Source: an uncultured Clostridia bacterium
GTDB lineage: Bacteria; Bacillota; Clostridia; Christensenellales; CAG-917
Assembly: GCA_949286725.1 (NCBI GenBank)
Contig: CASECZ010000002.1
Coordinates: 348,635-412,634, forward strand
Direction: 5' to 3'
DNA length: 64,000 bases
The notes below the pieces were generated by a model. It was not told the DNA's origin, searched no databases, and saw nothing but the letters and a program-made list of their open reading frames with translations. Shown in pieces: positions 1 to 9,889 of this stretch. The position numbers were made by a program, and so were the translations under genes. How positions within the stretch are numbered: the stretch's first letter is position 1; the number at the start of each line of letters is the position of its first letter.

Positions 1-1
1 C

Positions 2-622
2 AGCAACGACGCAAACTGTGCCGCTTTGGGCGAAACCTTGTTCGGCGCGGGCAGAGGAGCGGGCAACAGCGTCACCGTCACTCTCGGCACGGGCGTGGGC
101 ACGGGCATAGTCGTGGACGGCAAACTGCTGACGGGCAACTGCTCGGCGGGCGCGGAAGGCGGACACGTGCAACTGGGGCTCGGAGGTCCTTTGTGCGGGT
201 GCGGAAAGAGAGGGCATTTCGAGGCGTACGCTTCGACGACGGCGCTTCTCCGTCAGACGGAAGATGCCATGAAAAAGCACCCCGAAAGCGCGCTCAACAC
301 CGTGGCGAAAGAACGGGGTTTTGACGGAAAAACCGTGTTTATCGCCGCAAAACAGGGCGATAAAGTGGCAAAACGCGTGCTTAACCGTTACATATACTAC
401 GTCGGGGTGGGGCTTGTCAGCTTTGCAAACGTATTCTATCCCGAAGTCTTCATAATAGGCGGAGGCATCTCGAAAGAAGGCGATACGCTCATTGTCCCTC
501 TTCAAAAATTCGTGTCCGAAAACGTGTACGGAGCGGAATACAACCCTCCCATCAAGGTCGTCGCCGCGACTCTCGGCAACGACGCAGGCATAATCGGCGC
601 AGCGGCTCTTGCGATGAAGTGA
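2..622 (+). CDS. ROK family glucokinase/sugar kinase, C-terminal ~206 codons (5' end cut by window edge)
   Basis: The frame stays open back to nt 2 (SNDANCAALGE, the ROK NDAN..GE motif). The track M at 26 is an internal TTG Leu. GTGVGTGIVVDG and the Zn site GHVQLG..CGCGKRGHFEAYAS are ROK signatures. Confidence 0.85.
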   Translation, partial: SNDANCAALGETLFGAGRGAGNSVTVTLGTGVGTGIVVDGKLLTGNCSAGAEGGHVQLGLGGPLCGCGKRGHFEAYASTTALLRQTEDAMKKHPESALNTVAKERGFDGKTVFIAAKQGDKVAKRVLNRYIYYVGVGLVSFANVFYPEVFIIGGGISKEGDTLIVPLQKFVSENVYGAEYNPPIKVVAATLGNDAGIIGAAALAMK

Positions 623-652
623 CCCGAACTTTTGCCGACGCCTTTCGTTTCG

Positions 653-2419
653 ATGGAAAGTTTTAAGCATAGATTGATTTCCCTTCTTCCCGAAGTGGAA
701 AAGCCTGCCCGTTATACGGGCGGCGAATGGAACGTGCCCCACAAGAAATCCGACGTGCGGGCGAAGTTCTGTTTTTGTTTTCCCGACCTTTACGAAATCG
801 GAATGAGCAATCTGGGGTTGCAGATTCTCTACGACGAAATCAACCGACGCGAGGATTTCGCGGCGGAGCGTTGCTATGCGCCAAAAGAGGACCTCGCCGC
901 AAAACTCAAAGAAAACGGCATTCCTCTCCTTTCGCTCGAAAGCGGAACGCCGCTTGCCGATTTCGACGTCGTCGGCTTTTCCTTGCAGTTTGAATTGCTC
1001 TACACGAACATACTCTATATGCTCGACCTTGCGGGAATACCTTTCTTTGCCCGTGACCGCGGCGAGGAGTATCCCATAATTCTCGCGGGCGGACCCTGTG
1101 CCGTCAACCCCGAACCCTTTGCGGATTTCTTCGACTGCGTGGTGATAGGCGAGGGCGAAGGCGTGGACGTCGCCGTCCTCGAACTGGCGGCGGAAGGCAA
1201 GGAGAAGGGTTGGACGAAGACGGAAATCCTGCGCAGAGCGAAGCAGATAACGGGCGTGTACGTTCCCGCTCTTCGCGAAGAGGGCGAGACCGTCACCAAA
1301 GCCGTCGTCGCCGATTTCGAGAATTCCGTGTATCCGACAAAGCCGCTCGTGCCCAACGTCGAGGCGGTGCACGACCGCGTCACGCTGGAACTTTACCGCG
1401 GTTGTGCCAGCGGGTGCAGGTTCTGTCAGGCGGGGTATTACTACCGCCCCATACGCGAACGCAGCGCCAGAAAGTGCGCCGAGTACGGCATCGAGGCGGT
1501 GAACTCCACGGGCTACGGCGAGATATCCATGTGCTCGCTCTCCACGGGCGATTACAGCGGTCTTTCCGAATTGATGGACGAATTGCGCCCCTTCGTGCAC
1601 GAGAAACATGTCACGCTTGCGCTCCCCAGTCTGAGGCTGTCCAGTTTCAACGGGGAGATTGCGCAGGAGTCGCGACGCAGCTCCCTTACGTTCGCTCCCG
1701 AGGCGGGCACGCAAAGGTTGCGCGACGTCATCAACAAGAACGTCACCGACGAAGAGATAAACAATATCGGCAAGGCTTTCGAGGCGGGTTACGACAGCGT
1801 AAAGCTCTACTTTATGCTTGGTCTGCCCACCGAGACCGACGAGGACATAGAAGGAATTGCGGAGATATGCCGCCGTCTGCGCGGATTGTATCACGACATA
1901 CGCAACAAGCGCGGACCCAACATCTCGGTCAGTTGTGCGGTGTTCATTCCCAAACCTTGCACGCCCTTCCAGTGGGAGGCACAGATATCCTTTGACGAAA
2001 TGCTCCGCAAGCAGAACTATCTGCGCGGGCTGTTGCGCGCCGTAAAGGGCGTGACGTTCTCCTGGCACGGTGCGGAGTCGTCCGTGTTGGAAGCCGCGCT
2101 CGCACGCGGCGACAGACGGCTTTGCAAAGTCATCGCCCGCGCTTACGAACTGGGTGCGAAGTTCGACAGCTGGACGGAGCAGTTCAACTGGCAGGCGTGG
2201 TGCGACGCGTTTGCCCAATGCGGAGTTTCCATGGATGAGTACACCCGCGCACGCGAGGTCTCGGAGCCTCTGCCGTGGGATTTCATAGATACGGGCGTAA
2301 GCCGCAAATACCTGGAACGTCAGCGCGAACTCGCCTATCTCGGCGTGACCACGCGCAACTGCCGCGAAGGGTGCAACGGTTGCGGTGCCAACAAACTCGG
2401 GAGGTGCACGATAATATGA
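653..2419 (+). CDS. B12-binding-domain radical SAM protein (TIGR03960-like)
   Basis: CX3CX2C cluster in YRGCASGCRFCQAG. The N-terminus ..EKPARYTGGEWN is typical of this family. The stop overlaps the next start (ATGA at 2416-2419). I set the start at ATG 653; the track's TTG at 632 is also possible. Confidence 0.85.
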   Translation: MESFKHRLISLLPEVEKPARYTGGEWNVPHKKSDVRAKFCFCFPDLYEIGMSNLGLQILYDEINRREDFAAERCYAPKEDLAAKLKENGIPLLSLESGTPLADFDVVGFSLQFELLYTNILYMLDLAGIPFFARDRGEEYPIILAGGPCAVNPEPFADFFDCVVIGEGEGVDVAVLELAAEGKEKGWTKTEILRRAKQITGVYVPALREEGETVTKAVVADFENSVYPTKPLVPNVEAVHDRVTLELYRGCASGCRFCQAGYYYRPIRERSARKCAEYGIEAVNSTGYGEISMCSLSTGDYSGLSELMDELRPFVHEKHVTLALPSLRLSSFNGEIAQESRRSSLTFAPEAGTQRLRDVINKNVTDEEINNIGKAFEAGYDSVKLYFMLGLPTETDEDIEGIAEICRRLRGLYHDIRNKRGPNISVSCAVFIPKPCTPFQWEAQISFDEMLRKQNYLRGLLRAVKGVTFSWHGAESSVLEAALARGDRRLCKVIARAYELGAKFDSWTEQFNWQAWCDAFAQCGVSMDEYTRAREVSEPLPWDFIDTGVSRKYLERQRELAYLGVTTRNCREGCNGCGANKLGRCTII

Positions 2420-3093
2420 CGGTTCTGAAATACGTGCGCGTTGCCGAGGCGGCACTCCTTTCGCACATAGATGTCTTGAGACAGATGGGCAGAATTCTGC
2501 GCCGTGCGGGCATACCCGTCAAGTTCTCGCAGGGGTTCAATCCCCACTCGCTGGTGTTTTTCTCGCCGCCGTCCGTGCTGGGCGTATCTTCGCTTGCCGA
2601 GTACGTCGCGATAGACACCGATATGCCCGCCGAAGAAGTTTTTGCCCGATACAACGCATCCGTGGGCGACAATATGCGTGCCACGGAGCACTTCGAGACT
2701 GACAAAAACCCCAATCTGGCGGGCAGAATAGTCGCCGCCGATTACGTCTTTCCCTTTGCGGCCGACGCCGTGACCGAGGGCGCGCCCTTTACGGTCGAGT
2801 ACGAAAAGAAAGGAGAGACCGTCCGTGAGGACGTCGCGGGCAAGATATACGGTGTGTCTTCCGCTTCGGACGGACGGCTTGTGATGCGGCTTGCCGCGGG
2901 CAACGTGACGTTGCGCCCCGACAGAGTGTTCCGCACGCTGAAAGAGAGTGTGCAGTCCTGCGGTGCGCTCACCGACACCGTGAAAACGGCACAGTACGCG
3001 GCTTGCGAGGGCGGGTTCGTCGACGTGGACGACCTTCTGCGCAAGGGCGACCGTGCGGGGGGACCTGCGGGTGCCCCTTCGATGACGAAATAA
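2416..3093 (+). CDS. Radical-SAM-associated protein (TIGR03936/DUF2344-like)
   Basis: MTVLKYVRV..GIPVKFSQGFNPHSLVFFSPPSVLG matches my memory of DUF2344 proteins, which follow TIGR03960 radical SAM genes. ATGA start/stop coupling. The first 47 codons of the track ORF (2275) are an out-of-context extension. Confidence 0.8.
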   Translation: MTVLKYVRVAEAALLSHIDVLRQMGRILRRAGIPVKFSQGFNPHSLVFFSPPSVLGVSSLAEYVAIDTDMPAEEVFARYNASVGDNMRATEHFETDKNPNLAGRIVAADYVFPFAADAVTEGAPFTVEYEKKGETVREDVAGKIYGVSSASDGRLVMRLAAGNVTLRPDRVFRTLKESVQSCGALTDTVKTAQYAACEGGFVDVDDLLRKGDRAGGPAGAPSMTK

Positions 3094-3114
3094 ATTTTTT
3101 TCGGGAACGAATAT

Positions 3115-4581
3115 ATGAAAGAACTTTTTATCGATTACAACCCCTTTTTCGTGCGCGCCGCGCTGGTTGAGGAAGGGGTGCTGACCGAGTTCGGCGTGGA
3201 GCACGTGGCGACGAGAGGACACGTGGGCAACATCTACAAGGGCAAGGTCGAAAACGTGCTCGGTGGTATGAAAGCCGCTTTCGTAAACATCGGACTTGAA
3301 CGCAACGGTTTCCTCTATATCGGCGAGGACGGCGATGACAAGCGCAAGAATGTCTCTTCGGAGATGAAAAAGATTTCCGCGGGCGACGTCGTTATGTGTC
3401 AGGTCGTCAAGGAGCAATTCAACATGAAGGGCGCGCGTCTCACCACTGACGTGACGTTGCCGGGCTACTATATGGTGCTTTTGCCCGACAGTTCCTTCTG
3501 CGGCGTGTCCAGAAAAATCGAGGACGACGAGCGCAGACGGTATCTCGAAGAACTGGTGCGTTCGGTGTGCCCTGACGACGCGGGCTTCATCGTCCGTTCG
3601 GCGGCGGTTGCCGCGGGCGACGACGAGATAACCGAGGAGGCGGGACGGCTGTATTCGCTGTGGAAGCGCATAAAAGGCGACTTCGAAAAGGCATCTCCCA
3701 CGTCGCTGGTGTTTCGCGAAGCGCAACTTCTCGAACGCGTGATACGCGACAACTACGGCGCAAACGTGGACAGAGTGGTCGTCAACGACGCCGCGCTCGC
3801 CGCAAGCCTGACCAGCCGAATTCCCGGCGCCGAAGTCGAACTCTACGAAGGCAAGCGCAACATTTTCAAGCATTTCGGCATTTCCGAACAGGTCGACAAA
3901 CTGACGGACCGCCGCGTCGAAATCGCGGGAGGCGCGTATCTTGTCATCGACAGGACGGAGGCGCTCACCGTAATAGACGTCAACACGGGGCGTTTCGTGG
4001 GCTCCAAGAACCTCGAAGACACCGTCTACAAAACCAATCTGGCGGCGGCGGTCGAGGTGGCAAAGCAACTGCGCCTGCGCAATATAAGCGGCATAGTTAT
4101 CATCGATTTCATCGACATGCAGACCGAGGAACACAAACGTGCCGTGCTCGAAGTCCTGCGCGAGGAACTCAAAAAGGACAAACTCAAAACCTCCGTCGTG
4201 TCCATGACGGAACTGGGGCTTGTGGAACTCACCCGCAAACGCACGCGTTTGCCCGCCGACAGTTTTATGCTGGAACCCTGCAAGGAGTGCTCGGGCGGCT
4301 ACGTTGCTTCCGCCGTGCACCTCGCGCTCAAACTGCGCGACGAAATGGTGGAGTTCTCGCTGGCAAACGACGGATTCCGTGCCATAACGGCGCGCGTGAA
4401 TCCCGACATATGCGACAAGATATTCGAGGTCAATCTGATGTCGAGGGAGGCGTCGGGCGTGTGGCACGGCAAGCGCGTTTACATTCTGCCAGACCCTTCG
4501 AAAGCGCGCGACGAGTGGGAAATTTCGGGCAGCAACGAAAAGGTGCTGACCTTGCCGTCGGACGCCCGACTGCTGTTTTAG
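3115..4581 (+). CDS. rng: Rne/Rng family ribonuclease (RNase G-like)
   Basis: S1 domain GNIYKGKVENVLGGMKAAFVNIGLERNGFLY, catalytic-region IVIIDFIDM, 488 aa. The radical SAM / DUF2344 / Rng trio is a common Clostridia arrangement. Confidence 0.9.
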   Translation: MKELFIDYNPFFVRAALVEEGVLTEFGVEHVATRGHVGNIYKGKVENVLGGMKAAFVNIGLERNGFLYIGEDGDDKRKNVSSEMKKISAGDVVMCQVVKEQFNMKGARLTTDVTLPGYYMVLLPDSSFCGVSRKIEDDERRRYLEELVRSVCPDDAGFIVRSAAVAAGDDEITEEAGRLYSLWKRIKGDFEKASPTSLVFREAQLLERVIRDNYGANVDRVVVNDAALAASLTSRIPGAEVELYEGKRNIFKHFGISEQVDKLTDRRVEIAGGAYLVIDRTEALTVIDVNTGRFVGSKNLEDTVYKTNLAAAVEVAKQLRLRNISGIVIIDFIDMQTEEHKRAVLEVLREELKKDKLKTSVVSMTELGLVELTRKRTRLPADSFMLEPCKECSGGYVASAVHLALKLRDEMVEFSLANDGFRAITARVNPDICDKIFEVNLMSREASGVWHGKRVYILPDPSKARDEWEISGSNEKVLTLPSDARLLF

Positions 4582-4659
4582 GTTGCAAAAACGCGCATAT
4601 TGTGCTATTATCAACGGGTATCGGAATACACGCGCCCATCGGCGCGTCGAGAGGTATAT

Positions 4660-5646
4660 ATGAAATCCTGGCACATCGAAAATGCGGAACGCGTGAAACT
4701 GGTCGAAAGCGTCCTGCATAAAGCCGAAGGCGAAGTCAAACTCAAAATCTCGAAAGTGGCGATATCGTCCACGGATTTTGCCTACTTCGCTTCCGCAAAG
4801 GACGGCGTCAAACCCGCCGTCACCGTGCCCGGTCACGCCGCCATTGCCTATATGTCCGAGGACGACGACAACACGGGGCTCAAAGTGGGCTCCCGCGTGG
4901 TAGTCAGTCCCTTCGTCAAGTACACCGAACACGGCGTAAGTCGCGTCAAGGTGCTGGGCGTGGACACGGACGGTCTGCTTTGCGACTTCGTTTCCGTGCC
5001 TGCCGAGAACGTGTACGCGTTGCCCGACGGCATACCCGACGACGAAGCCATTTTCGCCGAATACGTGGCACTCGGCAACAACGTGCTCAACAGCCTCAAC
5101 GCCGACAAGGGCGACTTTGTCGTCATAGTGGGAGCAAGCACACTCGGGCTCATTCTCGCGCAACTCGCGCTTTATTACCAGATGATACCCGTGCTTGTCG
5201 ACCTCGACGCCGAAAAACTCGCGCTGGCGTCCAACTGGGGCGTATATTACGTCCTCAACCCGACCTACGACAACCTCGAACGCCGCGTGGAAGAAATCAC
5301 GGGCGGCAGAATGGCGGAAGCCTCCGTGTACGTCGGAGACGGCGTTCCCTTCGGCTGCGCGCTCAGACTTGTCAAGGACAAAGGAGAAGTCGTCATCGCG
5401 GGATATTCCGTGCACGAAGGACACAACGTGGACGTCAGCGTCATATTGTCCAAGCAACTCACGCTCACGGGCGTTGCGGACGGTTACGGCGAAATGTCGT
5501 CGGCAATAAATCTGCTTGCCAACCGCATAGTCAAGACGGACGGGCTCATAGGTTCGCGCGTGAAGTTCGACGAAGTGCCCGAGACCGTGGCGCAGGCGGT
5601 CGAATATCCCTATCAATACAACAAAATCATCGTTTCGATGGAATGA
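4660..5646 (+). CDS. Medium-chain dehydrogenase/reductase (alcohol/polyol dehydrogenase fold), probably zinc-independent
   Basis: MDR length and layout, with Rossmann motif VVIVGASTLGLILAQLA. The canonical GHE is GHA here and no Cys-rich structural-Zn loop is visible. The start is ATG 4660 (MKSWHIEN); the track's 20-codon extension is unsupported. Confidence 0.7.
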   Translation: MKSWHIENAERVKLVESVLHKAEGEVKLKISKVAISSTDFAYFASAKDGVKPAVTVPGHAAIAYMSEDDDNTGLKVGSRVVVSPFVKYTEHGVSRVKVLGVDTDGLLCDFVSVPAENVYALPDGIPDDEAIFAEYVALGNNVLNSLNADKGDFVVIVGASTLGLILAQLALYYQMIPVLVDLDAEKLALASNWGVYYVLNPTYDNLERRVEEITGGRMAEASVYVGDGVPFGCALRLVKDKGEVVIAGYSVHEGHNVDVSVILSKQLTLTGVADGYGEMSSAINLLANRIVKTDGLIGSRVKFDEVPETVAQAVEYPYQYNKIIVSME

Positions 5647-5688
5647 CGTCCGAGGCGGAAGCCTGCGGTACCGTTTCAACGCAAGACC

Positions 5689-5709
5689 GACGGCGCAAGC
5701 CGTCTTTTT
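5689..5709 (+). terminator. Intrinsic terminator after the MDR gene
   Basis: gacggc-gcaa-gccgtc hairpin followed by ttttt. Confidence 0.55.
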
Positions 5710-6125
5710 ATTTCCCGCATTTTTACGCGTTTATGCCGCCACGGCGCGGAATTTCGCGTCCGCAACCCGCAAAACGAACGGCAGGTCGACCCTGTTGAAA
5801 CCGAACCGCGGAAGAAAACAGTCTTTCGCACCGACGCAATTTTCCGTTAAAGTACACGATATGTGCGTTATTTTGGGCATTTTGGGCAAAAAGCGCCTGT
5901 TTTCGGCGTTTGAAATTCCGCAAAATACACGAAAAGTGTTTAAGATGGCAACATACAGGCGCAGACCGCACGGTACGCCACGCTTGTTCGGATGTCGATA
6001 CACGTAACGTGTTTCAATGCGTTTTGTGTCGGCATTGTATCGGTGCAGAGGCAAAACACAAGAACAAGCGCAAGAGTAAACGCGGGTGCGAAACGCAGGT
6101 CAGAATTCCTTTCCCGACGGGCACG

Positions 6126-6154
6126 ATATAAAAATGACACCGCAAAGCGGTGTC
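6126..6154 (-). terminator. Intrinsic terminator of the DUF4364 gene
   Basis: Minus strand reads gacaccgc-ttt-gcggtgtc followed by atttttat. Confidence 0.6.
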
Positions 6155-6200
6155 AAAGCAAGGTTTCCAATCGGATGACGGGTTTCGACGGGGCTTGTTG

Positions 6201-6740
6201 TCAGTCAAGCAGCGTGTCGTGTATCAGCGCGTAGGTCTGCGACGCTTTGTCGACCCAGCTCTTGTAGAGATATTTCGCAAGCTGACGGTTGGCGACGACA
6301 AGTTTCAGTTCCATGAGCGTGGCTATGTCGCTGTTGATTTTCATTATGACCGTGTAGGTGCCGTCCGCGTTCTTGGAATAGTCGCAGAAATACGACTGCC
6401 TCTTTTTGAAACGCATGCGGTTTTCGCGTGCGTAGGAATTGATGTCGTCACGTATCGAGGACGGAATTCGCGTAAAGAACAGCGCAAGACAACCTATACC
6501 GTCCTGCGTGATGTTTATGCAGTCGCTTTTCGGCACTCTGTAAAGCAGATTGGTCTCGATAAGCTCCGTCAGATACTGCTTGCAGTCCATATACGTGAGC
6601 CACGTATTGTCCGCGGTGCAAATGTCAAGCAGGGTGGCTTCCGAAAGGGGAATTGCCATCCTGTCGAACACAAACAAGATTATAAGTTTTTGAATTTTGC
6701 TGTCCAGATGTGCGGACACGCCTTCCTGATTGTAATCCAC
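6201..6740 (-). CDS. DUF4364 family protein (putative PadR-like small regulator)
   Basis: 179 aa. The layout KIQKLIILFVFDRM..PLSEATLLD..YLTELIETNLL resembles DUF4364 proteins as I recall them. GTG start preceded by GAGGTG. It has its own promoter and terminator. Confidence 0.6.
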   Translation of the reverse strand: MDYNQEGVSAHLDSKIQKLIILFVFDRMAIPLSEATLLDICTADNTWLTYMDCKQYLTELIETNLLYRVPKSDCINITQDGIGCLALFFTRIPSSIRDDINSYARENRMRFKKRQSYFCDYSKNADGTYTVIMKINSDIATLMELKLVVANRQLAKYLYKSWVDKASQTYALIHDTLLD

Positions 6741-6768
6741 TTTGCACCTCAGAGAACGATGGAATAGG

Positions 6769-6797
6769 ATTTTAGCACCTATTTATCGTCATTTCAA
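6769..6797 (-). promoter_or_regulatory. Sigma-70-like promoter for DUF4364 gene
   Basis: Minus strand reads TTGAAA-17 nt-TAAAAT, about 30 nt upstream of the GTG start. Confidence 0.5.
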
Positions 6798-7186
6798 GCC
6801 TTTGACGGAATTTTTTTGCGAGGCACAAAGTATTGCGCACCGTGAATTTTCGGGCACTATTTTTTCATAGAAAAAAGGCGTCGGCGGGCAGACAATTCCG
6901 TCCTGTTGCGTCGGGCGGAATTGTCTTGGCGAAAGTGTCGGTTGTATTTGTTGCTCCGAATGTTAACTAAAAGTAATATAAAGTGCAATTCTGGCGCGTC
7001 GACACGGTATATATGTGTCGCGCGAGCGTTCAAACCGCGTATAAAGGATTTTGCCGCGCGTTGCGCCTACTTATACCGAACCGACAACACCGGGCCGACT
7101 GAACCGCTTTCCGTGTCGTTTGCGCCCGCAGGCGCGCTAATTCTCGATTGTGTGTGGTTATGGTTTAGCGGCAAAACAAGACAAAA

Positions 7187-7214
7187 TAAAAGCGCGCTTC
7201 GAAGCGCGCTTTTA
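7187..7214 (-). terminator. Palindromic (bidirectional) terminator after the M20 peptidase gene
   Basis: Perfect 20-nt palindrome agcgcgcttcgaagcgcgct, flanked by A-run and T-run, 15 nt past the stop. Confidence 0.7.
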
Positions 7215-7228
7215 TATGTTAACTATGT

Positions 7229-8704
7229 TTACTCGGCGAGCATAGCGTCCAGACATTTCACGAAGAACTGGGTCGCCTTTTCGAGTTGGTCGACGTGCAG
7301 GCGTTCGTTTATGCCGTGAATGCGCGACTGGTCGTCCAACGTGTTGATGAACGGACCGAAACGGAACACGTTGTCGGTCAGCGGGTTGTAGAATCTGGCG
7401 TCCGACGCCGCAATGAACATATAAGGCGCGACCACGATGTCGTCAAAGGTTTTGGTTATGGTGTCGCGCAGCCTTTCGTACGCCGTGCAGTGCACGTCTG
7501 CTTCGGGCGAAGGATTGGAGTACGAAAGCAGATTGACTTCCACCTTGTCGCCGAGCAACTTTTCGAGGTAGGCTTTGACGTCGTCGGCGGTCTCGCCCGT
7601 AATCATTCTGTAATTGATGTTTGCGCGTGTCTCTTTGGGTATGACGTTTCTGGCGTCGCTGCCCCATAGCATTGTGGGTGCGAATGTCGTGCGCACGAGT
7701 GCGTTGGTCATCGGCGCAACTTTGGTAAAGACGAATTTGAGCAGGGGAGCGAACACATCGCGGTTGGTCAGCACGAACTTGAACGCGCCCTTGCAATACG
7801 GCGAAAGAGCCTTGAAGGTCTCTTTGGTCATATTCGTCCACGTGGTTTTCATCGGGTGGGTTTCCACCTTCGCAACGGCTTTCGACAGCAGTCCCACGGC
7901 GGTTGGCGGATTGGGGTTCGAGGCGTGACCGCCTGACTTTTTGACGACCAGTTCGAGGTCGCCGTTACCCTTCTCGCAGGCACCGATGAGCGCCACAGTG
8001 TGCGGAATGCCCAGCAGTTTTCCGTCGAGCACGGTACCGCCTTCGTCGATGACGAATTCCATTTCGACGCCCTTCGATTTCAGATAGCGCACGATGTTGG
8101 CGGCGCCGCTGGTGGAGTTGCCCGGCTCCTCGTCGTGACCGAAACAAAGGTACAGGTCGCGGTCGAATTGCTTGCCCTGCGCAAGGTGAAATTCCACGGC
8201 TTCGAGCAGAGCGACCATATGACTTTTCATATCCTGCGCGCCTCTGCCGTAGATATATCCGTCGTCGGTCAGCACGGCTTCGAAGGGGTCGTATTCCCAG
8301 CCGTCTTTTGGGGCGGGAACGACGTCGATATGGCTCAGATAACATCCGCCGCGCAGAGCGTGATTTTTGCCCTTCAAACGGTATATGAGGCTGTAATCGG
8401 CGATAATCGTTCTTTCGGCAGCCGCATGCAGAAGGGGATATGTCTTTTCGAGCCAGTTTCTGTAATCGATAAAGGGTTGTACGTTGTCGGCGTAATCTTC
8501 CACCATTGACACTGTGGGAATGCGTATTGCTTCGCGCAGATGTCTGACGGCGGCGTCTTTGTCAACGGTGGGCAGGGCTTCGGCTTTGCCCGGTGCCTTG
8601 TCGGGCTTGTTGAGAGCCGTACGCACGGAAAGAATGACGAAAAACAGTACGATTACCGCGGCAACAATACCGCCTATTATCGCACCGATAGTGGAGTTGT
8701 CCAT
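7229..8704 (-). CDS. Membrane-anchored M20 family metallopeptidase (carboxypeptidase S-like)
   Basis: N-terminal TM helix IGAIIGGIVAAVIVLFFVILSV. M20 metal/catalytic motifs SHIDVVP and FGHDEEPG. GGGAGG RBS. Confidence 0.85.
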   Translation of the reverse strand: MDNSTIGAIIGGIVAAVIVLFFVILSVRTALNKPDKAPGKAEALPTVDKDAAVRHLREAIRIPTVSMVEDYADNVQPFIDYRNWLEKTYPLLHAAAERTIIADYSLIYRLKGKNHALRGGCYLSHIDVVPAPKDGWEYDPFEAVLTDDGYIYGRGAQDMKSHMVALLEAVEFHLAQGKQFDRDLYLCFGHDEEPGNSTSGAANIVRYLKSKGVEMEFVIDEGGTVLDGKLLGIPHTVALIGACEKGNGDLELVVKKSGGHASNPNPPTAVGLLSKAVAKVETHPMKTTWTNMTKETFKALSPYCKGAFKFVLTNRDVFAPLLKFVFTKVAPMTNALVRTTFAPTMLWGSDARNVIPKETRANINYRMITGETADDVKAYLEKLLGDKVEVNLLSYSNPSPEADVHCTAYERLRDTITKTFDDIVVAPYMFIAASDARFYNPLTDNVFRFGPFINTLDDQSRIHGINERLHVDQLEKATQFFVKCLDAMLAE

Positions 8705-8732
8705 AATAACCTCCCGAACACTTTATAGTGAG

Positions 8733-8761
8733 ATTATAAGCCCAAAGCAAAGGATTTTCAA
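8733..8761 (-). promoter_or_regulatory. Sigma-70-like promoter for the M20 peptidase gene
   Basis: Minus strand reads TTGAAA-17 nt-TATAAT, ending ~28 nt upstream of the ATG. Confidence 0.55.
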
Positions 8762-9460
8762 GACCGAACGGTCAAAGAGCCTGTCGGACGGCAAAAGCAA
8801 GGCAAAGAGCCTCAACGACGGAAAAACGCGGGAAAATCCCGTCGGGAAAATCAAAAATCGCCGATAACGCAAAAAGGGACACGAAAGACGCAAAACGAAG
8901 AGCAATCTCGGCAATACGGTACGAAATCGGGCGCAACAAATGAAATGTGAGAAAAAGAGGCGAGACAGAGATAAGAAGAGCGAAAGAAGACGCAAAGCGA
9001 CTGCAAAATCCGCAATCGGGCGCAAAACACGGCAATTCGTCGGCGAAAACCCGCATGGAGAACCGCAAATGACAAAAGACGAAAACGCAAGCCCGAGACA
9101 AAGCAAAAAGAGGCAAAGTACTATAAAACTTCCGAAAATCAAGAAAACATTTTGAAAACGCTTTCTGAACATTGCGGAAAAAGAGAAAAGTATTCTAAAA
9201 CATCGCGGAAATATAAAATACTTGCCAAAACGGGCAAAACGCTCTGTGCGAAGGGGAAAAGCCGTTGCAAGGGCGAAAAGTCGCAAATAGCGGCAAAATC
9301 GTCGCAAACAGTCCGAAATGCGCTTGTAAGGCTCAAAACGGCAGCAAAATGTGAGAAACCGCGGCAAACAGTGCAATATCCCGCAAAAAGGGCGAAAAAG
9401 AACAAAAAACGGCTTAAATCGAGCATTCGGAGGGCAAAACGGGGGCAAGATATCGAGCAA
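8762..9460. other. A-rich, T-depleted non-coding block (plus strand)
   Basis: Hand counts on 60-nt lines give 2-8 T and 22-32 A per 60. The block is dense in GCAAAA/GGCAAAG/CGAAAA words and has short dispersed repeats (8926/9015, 8943/9347, 9304/9364). No ORF here has an RBS or plausible composition. Confidence 0.6.
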
Positions 9461-9607
9461 ATGTGGATAAAACGTCCGATAATTTACATTTTCCCTTGGA
9501 AAAACATTGTTTTTATGAGATTTTTTATCGAAGTTATTCACATTTGCAGCATTTTGCCCGAGACGTTTTGCGCATTGAAAAGCTGACAAAAAAATTCTGT
9601 TTGATTG

Positions 9608-9657
9608 CGCGGACTACTGCGTGGACGCACGTGTTCGGGCGTAGTCTGCGGCTTTTT
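9608..9657 (+). terminator. Terminator-shaped hairpin inside the gene-free island
   Basis: cgcggactac pairs with gtagtctgcg (10 bp, one G-U), 23-nt loop, then gcttttt. What it terminates is unknown. Confidence 0.45.
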
Positions 9658-9702
9658 GCCGTTACCGTTTCAGGCAGTTATGCGGTTGTCGGGGAGTGCC
9701 GA

Positions 9703-9732
9703 GGGAGTGTGGGGTCGGGGTGTGTTTAGGGG
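9703..9732 (+). repeat. G-rich repeat copy 1 (near-canonical G-quadruplex motif)
   Basis: gggagtgtggggtcggggtgtgtttagggg has four G3-4 tracts with loops of 5, 2 and 8 nt. Confidence 0.6.
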
Positions 9733-9853
9733 CGTGTTGTCGGAATGCGATGTGAATGTCGGTGTGCGTCGAGTATGCGTGTCTTCGAAAACGTGGTGTG
9801 AATGTCGGAGAGTGTCAGGCGGGTGTGCTGTCGGAATTGTGCGGAGGAATATC

Positions 9854-9889
9854 GGGGAGTGTGGGTCGGGGTGTGTTTGGGGGGCTGGG
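9854..9889 (+). repeat. G-rich repeat copy 2 (canonical G-quadruplex motif)
   Basis: ggggagtgtgggtcggggtgtgtttggggggctggg is about 90% identical to copy 1 over ~25 nt and lies 152 nt downstream. Loops are 5, 2 and 7 nt. Confidence 0.6.

Noticed and set aside
2335-5679. 1,114-codon minus-strand ORF spanning the DUF2344, rng and MDR genes
   Set aside because: It is antisense to three genes with clear conserved motifs. Its product is a low-complexity R/H/V/G/F-rich string with no motif. It is a typical stop-poor shadow frame of GC-rich coding DNA.
6891-6925. 10-bp inverted repeat gacaattccg..cggaattgtc upstream of the DUF4364 promoter region
   Set aside because: It is a real hairpin, but there is no adjacent U-tract on the plus strand and only a distant one on the minus strand. 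No gene context suggests a function, so it is too ambiguous to call.
8940-9586. Plus-strand ORFs 8940-9155 and 9152-9586 encoding K/R-rich basic peptides
   Set aside because: The basic composition is a direct consequence of the A/G-rich DNA. There is no Shine-Dalgarno sequence, one uses a TTG start, and there is no codon-position periodicity by eye.
8723-9589. 288-codon minus-strand ORF (F/L/R/C-rich) in the gene-free island
   Set aside because: The minus strand here is A-poor, so TAA/TAG/TGA stops are rare by composition alone. The ORF runs across the M20 promoter, has no RBS, and its product is low-complexity.
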